57,869 nt of DNA. Origin: an uncultured Gammaproteobacteria bacterium. GTDB taxonomy: Bacteria; Patescibacteriota; Microgenomatia; UBA1406; GWC2-37-13. The notes under the pieces were generated by a model that saw only the letters and a program-made list of their open reading frames with translations, was not told the origin of the DNA and did not search any database. Of this stretch, positions 46,004 to 55,408 are shown piece after piece; within the stretch, counting starts at the first letter, position 1, and each line of letters begins with the position of its first letter. The stretch is taken from NCBI GenBank assembly GCA_964394215.1, contig CAYMVU010000001.1, positions 1 to 57,869 of the forward strand, given 5' to 3'. The position numbers and the translations under genes were made by a program.

Positions 46004-46798
46004 ATGCTGCCGGTATTACTTGATCTGGGATTTTTCAAACTCTACACATTCGGTATTTTTTTAGTACTGGCTTTTTTCTGGGGCACGTTTTTTTTATGGA
46101 AAAACATTACCCTTACTTCCTACAAAGAGGATGAAATATTTGATGCCGTGTTTTTCTCACTTTTTGGCGGAATTCTTATCGGAAGAGTCCAGTTCGTAGC
46201 GCTTCATTTTTCGGAATTCGGATACGATATACTTAAATTTCTTTTGATAAACGGTTATCCCGGAATAGGTCTTTTGGGATTTCTGGCAGGCTTCTTTTTA
46301 TTCTTTTTGATTTTTACCAGCTGGAGAAAAATCAATTTTATGCGCGCAGTGGATTATCTTATTGCTCCGTTTTTCCTTGCTATGGCAATAGCAAAGCTAG
46401 GTGCTTTTTTTGCCGGATCGGAAATCGGTACTCAGACAAAGTTTCTCCTGTCTCTGTCGTATCAAAACTTTGACGGTACCAGACATCTGACTGCATTGTA
46501 TGAGACAATGGCATATTTTGCAGCCAGTTTCTTTGCATACAAAATAGTTCGCTCAATACGCCGCGGTAAGCTCTATGAAGGATTTACTTTCATCTTTTTT
46601 ATCTGGTATGTGGGTCTGATAACCCTTGTATTCGATAACCTGAAGGCATTCCGAGTAACGGTCAGAAATATGAGTTTTGATCTAGTTATTGGTAGTTTGT
46701 TGCTCTTGACAGTAAGCGTTTACTTCCTCTATTATTTTAGGCAATCAATTTGGGGTTCCGTAAAAAGGATCTTTACATCCAAAAAGAAGAAAAAGTAA
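46004..46798 (+). CDS. lgt: prolipoprotein diacylglyceryl transferase-like membrane protein
   Basis: Seven-TM-like layout. N-terminal FFKLYTFGIFLVLAF, GGILIGR, and HLTALYETMAYF resembling the Lgt HPTQLYE block. Divergent. Confidence 0.55.
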   Translation: MLPVLLDLGFFKLYTFGIFLVLAFFWGTFFLWKNITLTSYKEDEIFDAVFFSLFGGILIGRVQFVALHFSEFGYDILKFLLINGYPGIGLLGFLAGFFLFFLIFTSWRKINFMRAVDYLIAPFFLAMAIAKLGAFFAGSEIGTQTKFLLSLSYQNFDGTRHLTALYETMAYFAASFFAYKIVRSIRRGKLYEGFTFIFFIWYVGLITLVFDNLKAFRVTVRNMSFDLVIGSLLLLTVSVYFLYYFRQSIWGSVKRIFTSKKKKK

Positions 46799-46824
46799 CC
46801 ATTATCATATTTCAATTTCCTGCT

Positions 46825-47172
46825 ATGTCACATAAAGAAGATATAAAAAAAACATTACTTGCCGAAAAGGAGAGTATTTTCAAAAGAATGGAAAGCCTGA
46901 AAGCAGCTGACCCGTTTAGTGATCCTGACCATGTTGATGATAATGCAGCTGTCGATACTGATGTTCGGGAGCAGGAAAGTCATCAGCGGATAGAGGCAGA
47001 ACTGGATACTCTCAAGAAGCGGCTTGAGGATATCAAGATAGCTTTAGACCAGAATGAAAACGGCATGTACGGCGTATGTAAACGATGCAATAAGGATATC
47101 CCTGAAAAACGACTCCAGCTTATTCCTGAGTCGATTTACTGTGTGGATTGCGAGTCAAATCTAACAAAGTAA
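46825..47172 (+). CDS. DksA/TraR-family C4 zinc-finger protein
   Basis: CKRCNKDIPEKRLQLIPESIYCVDCES after a coiled-coil region. ATG 46825 preferred as start. Confidence 0.75.
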   Translation: MSHKEDIKKTLLAEKESIFKRMESLKAADPFSDPDHVDDNAAVDTDVREQESHQRIEAELDTLKKRLEDIKIALDQNENGMYGVCKRCNKDIPEKRLQLIPESIYCVDCESNLTK

Positions 47173-47225
47173 TTCTTACCGAAATTCACCTTTCCGATCG
47201 AACGTATTTGTGCTAGAGTAGAGGA

Positions 47226-48143
47226 ATGAGGCATAGTTCCATTGGCAATAAAAGAAAGCCGAAATATCTGTTCTTTTATATCATCCTTTCATCATTTATT
47301 CTCGGATATTTATTGTATAAAGGCGCAACTATTTTTTCACACTCGCTTTTCGCCACCAGTCCTGATCGTATCAATATTGTGATGTATGGCCCGCAGACAA
47401 GATACTATTCAATCGATACGACAACTGACAGACATTACGAGATTTCATTTCCGTCTGATCTGAAGGTTGACGTACCCGGAGGATACGGTCAGTACAGAGT
47501 CGGTTCATTGGGAAAACTTGCCAAGCTCGACGGTAACGCACATCTTTTGGAAAAGACATTTGCCGCGACTACTACGACATTTATTCACTACTATTTTTTT
47601 CAGGAAAGTGATGAAGTCTATTACGGCACAGAGATGGAAGAAACGACACAAAAACCTTCAGCACTCCATATTCTTTTTTGGTCGGGAAATGCTTCTGTCC
47701 TGGATAGGCTGTACCTGGCATTAATGCTCATCGGGAAGAATGATACGCAGTTTAATATGATCAGTTATCGTAAGGAAACAGATAATATTCTCGGAGATAC
47801 TGTTTTCCGCAATGATTCATTTATGAAAAAAAGCATCGGACTGTTATATCAATCAACATATAGAGACGAGCAGGAAAGTGTTCAGATTTTATATCCCCAT
47901 CAATATAAAACAGCCATGAGGATAAGCACACTGCTTGAGGGAAATGGGATCAGAGTAAGCGATGTATCGTTAGATATCAACCGTTCAGATACCTGTGAAG
48001 TAATATACTCAGCGGATGTACCGTCTCAAACCGCTTTGGATATATCTTCGTATTTTACCTGTCCGTTGGTTCAGGAAAAGACTGATGTTTATGATATTAT
48101 TTTTGTCCTTGGAACGCGGGAAAAGGACTGGGAGATTGAATAG
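47226..48143 (+). CDS. membrane-anchored protein, possibly LytR/CpsA/Psr (LCP)-like
   Basis: N-terminal TM. RINIVMYG...YYSIDTTTDRHYEISFPSDLKVDVPG resembles the LCP core only loosely. Confidence 0.45.
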   Translation: MRHSSIGNKRKPKYLFFYIILSSFILGYLLYKGATIFSHSLFATSPDRINIVMYGPQTRYYSIDTTTDRHYEISFPSDLKVDVPGGYGQYRVGSLGKLAKLDGNAHLLEKTFAATTTTFIHYYFFQESDEVYYGTEMEETTQKPSALHILFWSGNASVLDRLYLALMLIGKNDTQFNMISYRKETDNILGDTVFRNDSFMKKSIGLLYQSTYRDEQESVQILYPHQYKTAMRISTLLEGNGIRVSDVSLDINRSDTCEVIYSADVPSQTALDISSYFTCPLVQEKTDVYDIIFVLGTREKDWEIE

Positions 48144-48157
48144 AGTATAATATAACT

Positions 48158-48349
48158 ATGACAATAGCTATGATTCTTGTGATCCTGTTTCTGGTTTCAT
48201 TTGTTCTGGCATGGATTTCGATGAAAGATTTCCATATTCCGAAGGAGATCCGGAAGATGCTCTCAATGAGAAAAATGAAGGGTTCAATTGTTTTCTTTAA
48301 AGATAAAGTAGAGCATTACTCTTCCTCTTCCTCTTCATCTTCCAACTGA
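48158..48349 (+). CDS. small membrane protein
   Basis: 63 aa with TM helix IAMILVILFLVSFVLAWI. The poly-Ser tail is antisense to the acidic tail of the convergent gene, so the exact 3' end is uncertain. Confidence 0.4.
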   Translation: MTIAMILVILFLVSFVLAWISMKDFHIPKEIRKMLSMRKMKGSIVFFKDKVEHYSSSSSSSSN

Positions 48350-49140
48350 ACGATTGAGCTCAAGTCTTTTTCTTCTTCAAATTCTTCCCATTCCTCATCA
48401 TCAAGCTCTAAATCACCTTCTACGATTTCTTCATCATCCTCTTCAGAGTCATCATCGCTTTCACCATCCTTCTCTTCATCCTGTTCGATTTGGTTGATAT
48501 CAGAAAGCATTACATGCGGATTGGACGGGAATGAAGGATACTGTCGAACTTTTTTTCCTTTCGAGAGTTCCCTGATAAATACAACAACGGCCGTGAGATC
48601 AATTTCTTTGATATATGTTTTGTATTCGCTACCTTCATTGATAAAGTAGGCGAGTCGTTTGGAAATGTCATCAGGTAAGCAACCGAGATACTCATCAGCA
48701 GCTGTTCGTACTTCTAGTTTTCTTCGTTTTTCCTTTAACAACACCTCTTCGCCGATACTTGTTCCGGCCAGGTCTTCTTTCTGTCCGAGATTGACAAGAT
48801 GGACGGTACGGGTTTTTCCGGGAATATCAATAAACAAGTCAGGGTCAAATTTTGTTGAAGAGCTGTGCCGTTTCTTTTTCTTGTCTGCTAGGATAGCAAT
48901 TTTTTCTAAATGTTCTTCTGCAATATTATTTTTTGGCTGAAGTTCAAGCACTTTTTTAAAGGACTTTTTTGCATCTGCCAGACTGTTAAGTTGAAGTTGT
49001 GCATATCCGAGTCTGAGATATGCATTCATGTTGTTTTCGTCCTGTTCAATGATAAGTTTATTTTGTTCTACTGCTCCTTCCCAGTTCGCCTCGACGGCAT
49101 GATCAATTGCTTTTTGTTCAAGGGTGTCAATATTTTCCAT
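48316..49140 (-). CDS. TPR-repeat protein with a strongly acidic C-terminal tail
   Basis: N-terminal TPR-like repeats (AYLRLGYAQLQLNSLADAKKSFKKVLELQPKN) and a C-terminal D/E-rich tail ending EDEEEEEE. Confidence 0.65.
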   Translation of the reverse strand: MENIDTLEQKAIDHAVEANWEGAVEQNKLIIEQDENNMNAYLRLGYAQLQLNSLADAKKSFKKVLELQPKNNIAEEHLEKIAILADKKKKRHSSSTKFDPDLFIDIPGKTRTVHLVNLGQKEDLAGTSIGEEVLLKEKRRKLEVRTAADEYLGCLPDDISKRLAYFINEGSEYKTYIKEIDLTAVVVFIRELSKGKKVRQYPSFPSNPHVMLSDINQIEQDEEKDGESDDDSEEDDEEIVEGDLELDDEEWEEFEEEKDLSSIVQLEDEEEEEE

Positions 49141-49245
49141 TTAGTTGAGTATAAGAAAATTACGTCGAATGTCAAGTGCAAAAAACCGGATTATCAGTAC
49201 TCAATAATCAGTTTCTCCCGCTCATTTGAGTGTTATACTAGTAAC

Positions 49246-50115
49246 ATGGCATCGAAGTCCAGATTTTCATTCAAACTGCCGTTCTTGTCTTTAAAAAAGC
49301 TGACACCGCATAAACAGAAGCAAAAAGCATTCAGCTTTATTACCGTTATCCCGAAACGTATCCGTATTGTCATTGCGACTTTAATGATGATGCTTCTGCT
49401 AACTGTAAGCTCGTTTTTTGCCTTCACTGATTCATGGTATATTTTTATTCCGATCATTTTTTTTGTGTCGTATATCACGACGTATTTTGCTGTATTTGAA
49501 GGAATTGATAGGGTAGAGTGGTATATGTTATTTATCGTTCCTATCATGCTTGCAGTCGCCTTATATCTCTTCTACTCGCTGCTTCCGGTACGTTGGCTGA
49601 CGCGTCTTCCGTTTCTTATTCTTTTTTCTCTTGGATATTATGCTGTACTTTTAACTATGAATATCTTTAATGTCGGAGTTGAGAGGAGTCTGCAATTGTA
49701 CCGGGCTGCATTTTCAATAAATTACCTGACACAAACGTTTATTGTCTTTCTTTTTTCTTTAGTGATCCTGTCTTTCCGGTTGAATTTTATTCTGAATGCA
49801 TTTATTATTGCAATTCTTGCAGTCCTCATCTCAATGCAGCTATTCTGGACAGTCAGACTGGAAAAGGCATTTGACAGAAGACTGCTTGTATTTAGCGGTG
49901 TTCTGGCGCTTCTTTTATTTGAAGTATCCTTACTTGTATCGTTTATGCCTATCCGTATCAATGTCATTGCGCTCATTTTGACCGCATTTTATTATAGTCT
50001 GACAGGTATTGTATACAACTATCTCGCAGACAGGCTCTTCAAGAATACGCTTCGTGAGTATGCATTTGTTATGATTTTCGTCTTATTTATCACTATCCTG
50101 ACGCTCCAATGGTGA
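49246..50115 (+). CDS. polytopic membrane protein, unknown function
   Basis: About 8 hydrophobic helices. Start moved to ATG 49246 because the upstream part of ORF 48910 is antisense to the TPR gene. Confidence 0.6.
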   Translation: MASKSRFSFKLPFLSLKKLTPHKQKQKAFSFITVIPKRIRIVIATLMMMLLLTVSSFFAFTDSWYIFIPIIFFVSYITTYFAVFEGIDRVEWYMLFIVPIMLAVALYLFYSLLPVRWLTRLPFLILFSLGYYAVLLTMNIFNVGVERSLQLYRAAFSINYLTQTFIVFLFSLVILSFRLNFILNAFIIAILAVLISMQLFWTVRLEKAFDRRLLVFSGVLALLLFEVSLLVSFMPIRINVIALILTAFYYSLTGIVYNYLADRLFKNTLREYAFVMIFVLFITILTLQW

Positions 50116-51212
50116 GAAATTCTTTTGACAGTCTTTCTGAAAAAAGTACGGGGACACCGAAGTAGGGAAGAGAGGAGAGGGGAGAAAGGGAATGTTAACA
50201 AAATTAACGTTCGTAAATTGTTTGAATTATCCTATAATAATTGTTAATTACTATAAGTTAATTAAAAAGTTCACGTACGTACATAAATGATTGTTTTTGA
50301 TACACTTCGATGTCTTCTGCCAAATGTATGTGGATAAGTTAGCTTGATTTGACCCACACTATCCCTCAAAGGGCTTCCTATCATCCTGTTTGAGCTCAAA
50401 TAATGCTTTTAACACATATCCAGCCTCTCTCGGGCACAAGCAAGGTCTCTCACTGTATCAGATTCGCAAAAGAGAGGTAAAACAAGAACGAGAAAGTTGA
50501 AAATAAATTATTACTGTATAAATATTATCGAGAAAAAAGAGAATATTATTTCTATTCCTTCGATTTAACGAGATATTGATAATCGCAAAAAATGGTCTAA
50601 AGACAGCGGGAGAATCGACTTTGTACAACGTCGTAAATTGTATCTTTTACGACGTTTACTCAAAATGAGAGGAGGGAGAAGTGATTTTTTTCAATTCTGA
50701 ATATTTCCATTTTTTTCATTTATTTTCGTTTTTTATTTTTTAACTTTGTCCAAAAAGACCTCAATTACTCCCCCTGGCTTGTGACTGTCTTGTGTATCCG
50801 GCCGCTACCCTATTATATGTTTTTGTGACAGTCTAAAGCCCATATTTAGCCTCAATACTCCTCTATTTCGAAGTTGTATATTCGGAGAACTCTCTTTAAT
50901 TGTATTGTTATAACAGTTAATTCTTGTTGATTCCAGTCAGGGTATGAGAAGATTCCTTGGTAGAGGTGAAAAAATGCTTGTACGAATTATTAAAAAATTA
51001 TTCGTGATAAATTATTGACCGGCACATTTAAAATCACAAATCTACAGACACCTATAGAGATTCACTGAACCGCTGTCATTATCTGGGATAGTTCTCAAGG
51101 ATGACCTGAAAAAGATGATACTTTATACGTCTTAAATTCCGGAGGGGGTTATTTGGGCGGATTTTGAAGGGGTATCTATAATTATGCTGTTGTAGTAATC
51201 TAAAACGTGTGT
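50116..51212. other. 1.1-kb segment without ORFs of 60 aa or more between two convergent genes; candidate non-coding RNA or degraded DNA
   Basis: The supplied six-frame track has no ORF between 50202 and 51212. The segment contains a 29-nt purine run, several perfect palindromes and an 11-bp perfect hairpin (see findings). Confidence 0.5.
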
Positions 51213-52430
51213 TTATGATTGTTTTTTTGACGATATTACCTTCTTTACGGTTGTTATAAGTTTAAGTGCGTCTTTTTTTGATACGGTTGTCGGTAATTTG
51301 AGAATGTTCGGAATGTGTTGTTCACACACGGGACACATTTTTTGCGAATATCCGTACATATGATAATTGATCTGCTGATTTTGTAATGTGTACTGCTCGG
51401 TGCTTAGGATGATGTTCTGCTGCTTGAGTTTTTTTTGCGTTTTGATGGGATTTGACACGGTAAGAGGGAAATATGATAAGGAAGCATCGGAGAAATTGTT
51501 CACGGTAAGTTTTTTACTATAAAGAGTTGACGATTTTTTACGCCTTGATACAACGTCGTTAAATCTATCGAGCTGTTTCATTAAAAATATCACACATATA
51601 TTGGGATAGATTTTCAAATATAACGGATCAAATAGGCCTTTCATTTCCTTGCTTGTCATTGTTGTCGGCATAAGATTAAAATGCTTCATGACAAAATGCA
51701 GCAGTTTGCCGAAATAGAGATTGTATGTCTTTTTGATTATTACTGAGCCGATTTTATAAAATATGATCTGAAGAAGGGTCCAAAACGAAGCATTAGGGAT
51801 ATTCTTTTCGACATCACGCATAAGATCTGCGTTCTTTTTTCCCCTGGTGATTATTGCTCCGCCAAGGACCGAGGATATTGCTGCCGTTTGGGAAAAAGAC
51901 ATGAGTAATGTCGTCGTAAAACGCTTGTTCTTATATAGCTTTGTATCAAATCCCTGTGAGATATCTTCAATAACAGATAGCTTTTTCTCCTTTGCAAAAG
52001 ATAAAATCTTCTTTCGATCTTTCGGTATTATTCCATATGGATGTTTGAGAATGAGAAGCTTTGCTTTTGATGAATATTTTTTTTCAAGATCAAGCATATT
52101 CATACTGAAGTCATCTTTATGAATATCTACATAAACGGGGGTAATCTGGTGCTCCAAAATGGGTAAAAGATATGTTATGGGTGTAGATCCTGAAATTAGC
52201 ACTTCAGATTCGACAGGTAAAGAGAGCGCTTTTATATATTGATATAATGCGCCGTGGGCAGATAAAAAGAAACTGATGTGACTATCAGCGGAAAAAAACC
52301 TGCTTTTTAGACGTCGCTTAAGATTATTTGTCTCTTTACCTCTTCTCCATTTCCAAGGTTGAAAAAAAAGCCGTATTGCTAATACTGCGTCTTCTCTACT
52401 CTCATTTGGTGCAAATTCTGAAGAGATCAT
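51213..52430 (-). CDS. DegT/DnrJ/EryC1-like aminotransferase-fold protein, apparently lacking the PLP lysine
   Basis: SAHGALYQYIKAL...VLISGSTPITYLLPIL...PVYVDI aligns with DegT-type enzymes. The SFxxxK(x)I block reads SFSQTAAIS. Confidence 0.55.
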   Translation of the reverse strand: MISSEFAPNESREDAVLAIRLFFQPWKWRRGKETNNLKRRLKSRFFSADSHISFFLSAHGALYQYIKALSLPVESEVLISGSTPITYLLPILEHQITPVYVDIHKDDFSMNMLDLEKKYSSKAKLLILKHPYGIIPKDRKKILSFAKEKKLSVIEDISQGFDTKLYKNKRFTTTLLMSFSQTAAISSVLGGAIITRGKKNADLMRDVEKNIPNASFWTLLQIIFYKIGSVIIKKTYNLYFGKLLHFVMKHFNLMPTTMTSKEMKGLFDPLYLKIYPNICVIFLMKQLDRFNDVVSRRKKSSTLYSKKLTVNNFSDASLSYFPLTVSNPIKTQKKLKQQNIILSTEQYTLQNQQINYHMYGYSQKMCPVCEQHIPNILKLPTTVSKKDALKLITTVKKVISSKKQS

Positions 52431-53848
52431 TTATATACATTTAGTGCTTCTATTAACGAGGGCGGCCATTTACCTTCCACTAGTACCACTGTACCCTTAT
52501 CTACGCTCAAAATCAATTGCTTTTGAAGCTGTGAGACGTCGTTAAATGTAAATACTCTCTCTTCTTTGGCCAGTTCTTTAAATAAGGGATCTGTAGTGTA
52601 TAGTTCAAAATTATTTTTATTCAGTTTGTGAATTATTTGTTCGTATGTACTCCTCTTCTCTACTCCCAGTTCCTGAAGTCCCGTACTTACAATACATTTC
52701 CGCTTATGTGAGAAATACTTCAGAAAATCCAGCTTATAGAGTAAAGCATCGTGATTCGGTTCCTGATTGTCCAGGATCACAACTGATTTATGGATGCCAC
52801 GGTGTACGGAAAAAAATCCTTTTTCATGTTTAAGAGTGTTTATCTTATGAATCAGTTCGGAAGATTTCATACCATAGTCAGTACAGAGAGCAAAAACAGG
52901 AAGAAGATTTTGAAGCGAGTGTTTTCCTAACAGGGCTGTAGTAATATTCCATGAGTACTTCTTGTAGTGGATACGTGCCTTTGTATAAGTTTGGCTAAAA
53001 AAATACTGCGTAGGATAAATATTATTATTTTGTTCAAAGCCGAACATTACAATGTTTGCCTCAGTATTCTTAACAGGCGGAATTTCAGACGGCATATATA
53101 TCGTTGCGTCAGCAGATAACTTGGGAATAAGTGATGTAAATTCTGCATGCATGTTCTCCTTGCTTCCAAAGAGGTCAAATCGGTGATTCCCTATACCGGT
53201 GATAATCAGATAAGAAAAAGGTATATAATGAGTAGCCTTTTCCAGTTCTCCTTTTTTATATGAACCGACCTCAACAATAAAAATATCAGTATCATCAGAG
53301 AGGCTTCTTAGGATTGCACGTGCAACACCGATATCATTTGTGTAACGAGGGTCAGTCATTGCTACCGCGTATTTCTCGGAAAATATATCGTAAAGATAAT
53401 GCGCTATTGTTGTTTTGCCGTAACTTCCGACGATTCCGATAAAAACTGTTTTAGAGTTTCGAATTTTTATTCTGGCAGTTTGGATAATAATCCAACGATA
53501 GATCTGCACGGGAACTTGCGTCAGAATTACGGCTGTCAGGATGATAATGAAAGATATAAACGGAGCCAGCCAGAAAAAATAACTCAGGAAGTTGTAGATA
53601 TAAACGTCTTCAAATGCATATAAAAAAAGAACTCCGGTTACAAGAACATGAAAAGACAGAATCATGAAATTACGCGGAGTTCTGGATGGTAATGTAATCT
53701 TATAGCTGTAAAATTGTGAAATAAATCCGTGGTCGGTAATCCCGGATTGAAATCTGTCAAGCCGATAGTCTTTTTCCTCGAATAAAAACATGAAGTGGAT
53801 TCCTTTATACAGTATCCAGATGACGCAGAGGAGGATAAAGATGAACAT
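52427..53848 (-). CDS. Mur-ligase-family protein (MurF-like core) with an N-terminal multi-TM region
   Basis: IGIVGSYGKTT P-loop, NDIGVA, VEVGSYKKGE and ITGIGNHRFDLFGS follow the MurF order. The first roughly 120 aa are 3-4 hydrophobic helices instead of the usual N-terminal domain. Confidence 0.6.
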   Translation of the reverse strand: MFIFILLCVIWILYKGIHFMFLFEEKDYRLDRFQSGITDHGFISQFYSYKITLPSRTPRNFMILSFHVLVTGVLFLYAFEDVYIYNFLSYFFWLAPFISFIIILTAVILTQVPVQIYRWIIIQTARIKIRNSKTVFIGIVGSYGKTTIAHYLYDIFSEKYAVAMTDPRYTNDIGVARAILRSLSDDTDIFIVEVGSYKKGELEKATHYIPFSYLIITGIGNHRFDLFGSKENMHAEFTSLIPKLSADATIYMPSEIPPVKNTEANIVMFGFEQNNNIYPTQYFFSQTYTKARIHYKKYSWNITTALLGKHSLQNLLPVFALCTDYGMKSSELIHKINTLKHEKGFFSVHRGIHKSVVILDNQEPNHDALLYKLDFLKYFSHKRKCIVSTGLQELGVEKRSTYEQIIHKLNKNNFELYTTDPLFKELAKEERVFTFNDVSQLQKQLILSVDKGTVVLVEGKWPPSLIEALNVYK

Positions 53849-53934
53849 GAAAGGCCGTGTATACTAAATATTAACTTTCTTTACGATATCGATATGATAT
53901 CTCTCAGAATTATTATACTCGTGGTGAAGAAAAA

Positions 53935-54681
53935 TTAGGTGAGCAAAAAGGGCTCTATTTCTTTCCAAACAAGATGAGGTTCATCGGACGGAAAATCATG
54001 TGTTGTATCTGGAAATACATGTAATTTTGAATTGCGTACTTTTCTCTGCAGTTCGTACCCGAGTATAGCAGGAGTACATGTATCGCTCTCTCCCCATAAA
54101 ATGAGAGTCCTGTTTTTTACAGCACGCAGTTCCCGGGTCAAATCCTGAGTAATTATTTTTCTAAAGTTTTTTTCAAGATGCGGGAACTTTAAAAGATCTG
54201 AATCTTTATGAAATAACGAATAATAAATTGAGCGTACAGGTTTGTATAATAGTCTGATCAAGGATTTCTCGCGCGGAATTTGTTTCATCATCTGTACCGG
54301 CTTGGACACCTTGTTCAGTCTTCTGTAGGAGCTTGAACAAACGACGAGGCGGTCGATACATTCAGGATAATGTACAGAAAGATAGATCCCGATATCACTT
54401 CCGAATGCGTGTCCTATATAATGAGTTTTCTTTAACGTAAGCTTTTCAATAAGTTCTTTCATCATCACTGCATATCCCTCTACTCCCCAGTGTTGTGCAG
54501 GATTATCACTTTTTCCGAAGCCGGGAAGATCAATGATATATGAAGCAAATTTTTTTGAGGCTAACTGTGCCAATGTATGGAGTTTGTACATATTCCCGCC
54601 CCAACCGTGCACGAAGAGAACCGGTGTTCCGTTGCCTATGCGTTTATAGTGTATTTTTTTGTTCAAAACACGAATATACAT
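53935..54681 (-). CDS. alpha/beta-hydrolase-fold protein
   Basis: VLFVHGWGGN and an elbow-like IGHAFGSDIG (Ala where the nucleophile Ser is expected), with HDFPSDEP near the C-terminus. Confidence 0.6.
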   Translation of the reverse strand: MYIRVLNKKIHYKRIGNGTPVLFVHGWGGNMYKLHTLAQLASKKFASYIIDLPGFGKSDNPAQHWGVEGYAVMMKELIEKLTLKKTHYIGHAFGSDIGIYLSVHYPECIDRLVVCSSSYRRLNKVSKPVQMMKQIPREKSLIRLLYKPVRSIYYSLFHKDSDLLKFPHLEKNFRKIITQDLTRELRAVKNRTLILWGESDTCTPAILGYELQRKVRNSKLHVFPDTTHDFPSDEPHLVWKEIEPFLLT

Positions 54682-54690
54682 GCAGTCTCC

Positions 54691-55362
54691 TTAGGGTGTT
54701 GTAGATTGTTGAATTGCATCAAGAAGTACTTGCCTCAATTCTTCGACTGATTGCGGTGACCTTATTTTTGTACCGTTTAGATAGAATGTCGGTGTCCCCT
54801 GTACATCGACTTCCATTCCTGAGAGATAATCTTTCTGTACTTTGTATTTGACAGAATCTGATGAAGAATCCTTTTTGAACTGTTCAAGGTCAAGTTTCAG
54901 TTCCTCTGCATACTTCACAAATTGGTCAGACGGATCTCCCAAGTCAGCCCATTCTGATTGTCTGGAAAAAAGGATATCATGATATGGGTAAAATGCTCCC
55001 TGTTTCGCCGCAGCTTCAGCTGCCCAAGCAGCTTCCCTTGCATTCGGATGGATTTGGTCAAGCGGGAAGTGTCGGTAGACGAATGTTACATTCTCAAAGA
55101 TTGCTTTATTTTCATCAGATGTTTCATCAAGCCCCTTTATCAGATCAAAGTATGTTGCACATGCAGGACACTGAAAATCACTGTACTCTGTGAGGATGAC
55201 ATTTTTTTTGTCGGACCATTTGGTATGATCTGCGGCTGAAACCGTTCTCAGACTTTCAAAGTATGTTTCCTGCGGCTGACTTGTCATCGTGTATGCAACA
55301 AAGAGCAAGATAAAGAGTCCAAGTACTGAACCGACAATAAGAAGAATATTTTTCATTTCCAT
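54691..55362 (-). CDS. DsbA-like thiol:disulfide oxidoreductase, membrane-anchored
   Basis: N-terminal TM, CPAC active site, GTPTFYLNG. Confidence 0.8.
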   Translation of the reverse strand: MEMKNILLIVGSVLGLFILLFVAYTMTSQPQETYFESLRTVSAADHTKWSDKKNVILTEYSDFQCPACATYFDLIKGLDETSDENKAIFENVTFVYRHFPLDQIHPNAREAAWAAEAAAKQGAFYPYHDILFSRQSEWADLGDPSDQFVKYAEELKLDLEQFKKDSSSDSVKYKVQKDYLSGMEVDVQGTPTFYLNGTKIRSPQSVEELRQVLLDAIQQSTTP

Positions 55363-55408
55363 AAGAGTTCATTATACCTGCAGTATTTCTCTTTTGCCAA
55401 CCGCTTTT

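Noticed and set aside
48910-49245. The N-terminal 112 aa of track ORF 48910-50115.
   Set aside because: This part is antisense to the well-supported TPR gene (48316-49140) and has an odd composition. The membrane protein most plausibly starts at ATG 49246.
50329-50337. A perfect DnaA-box complement (TGTGGATAA) and a nearby T-rich tract suggested oriC inside the ORF-free region.
   Set aside because: There is only one perfect box, and the other candidates have 2-3 mismatches. No dnaA or dnaN gene is adjacent, and the site lies between convergent 3' ends rather than in a typical origin context. A whole-contig GC-skew analysis would be needed to revisit this.
50116-51212. The gap might hide a housekeeping RNA (RNase P RNA, tmRNA, SRP RNA) or a dif site.
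   Set aside because: By eye I found no GAGGAAAGUCC-type RNase P core, no tRNA-like 3' end (TTCGA T loop plus CCA) or tag ORF for tmRNA, no GGAAGCAGCC-type SRP motif, and no XerC/XerD-like TTATG(T)TAAAT arm. These cannot be excluded without covariance-model searches.
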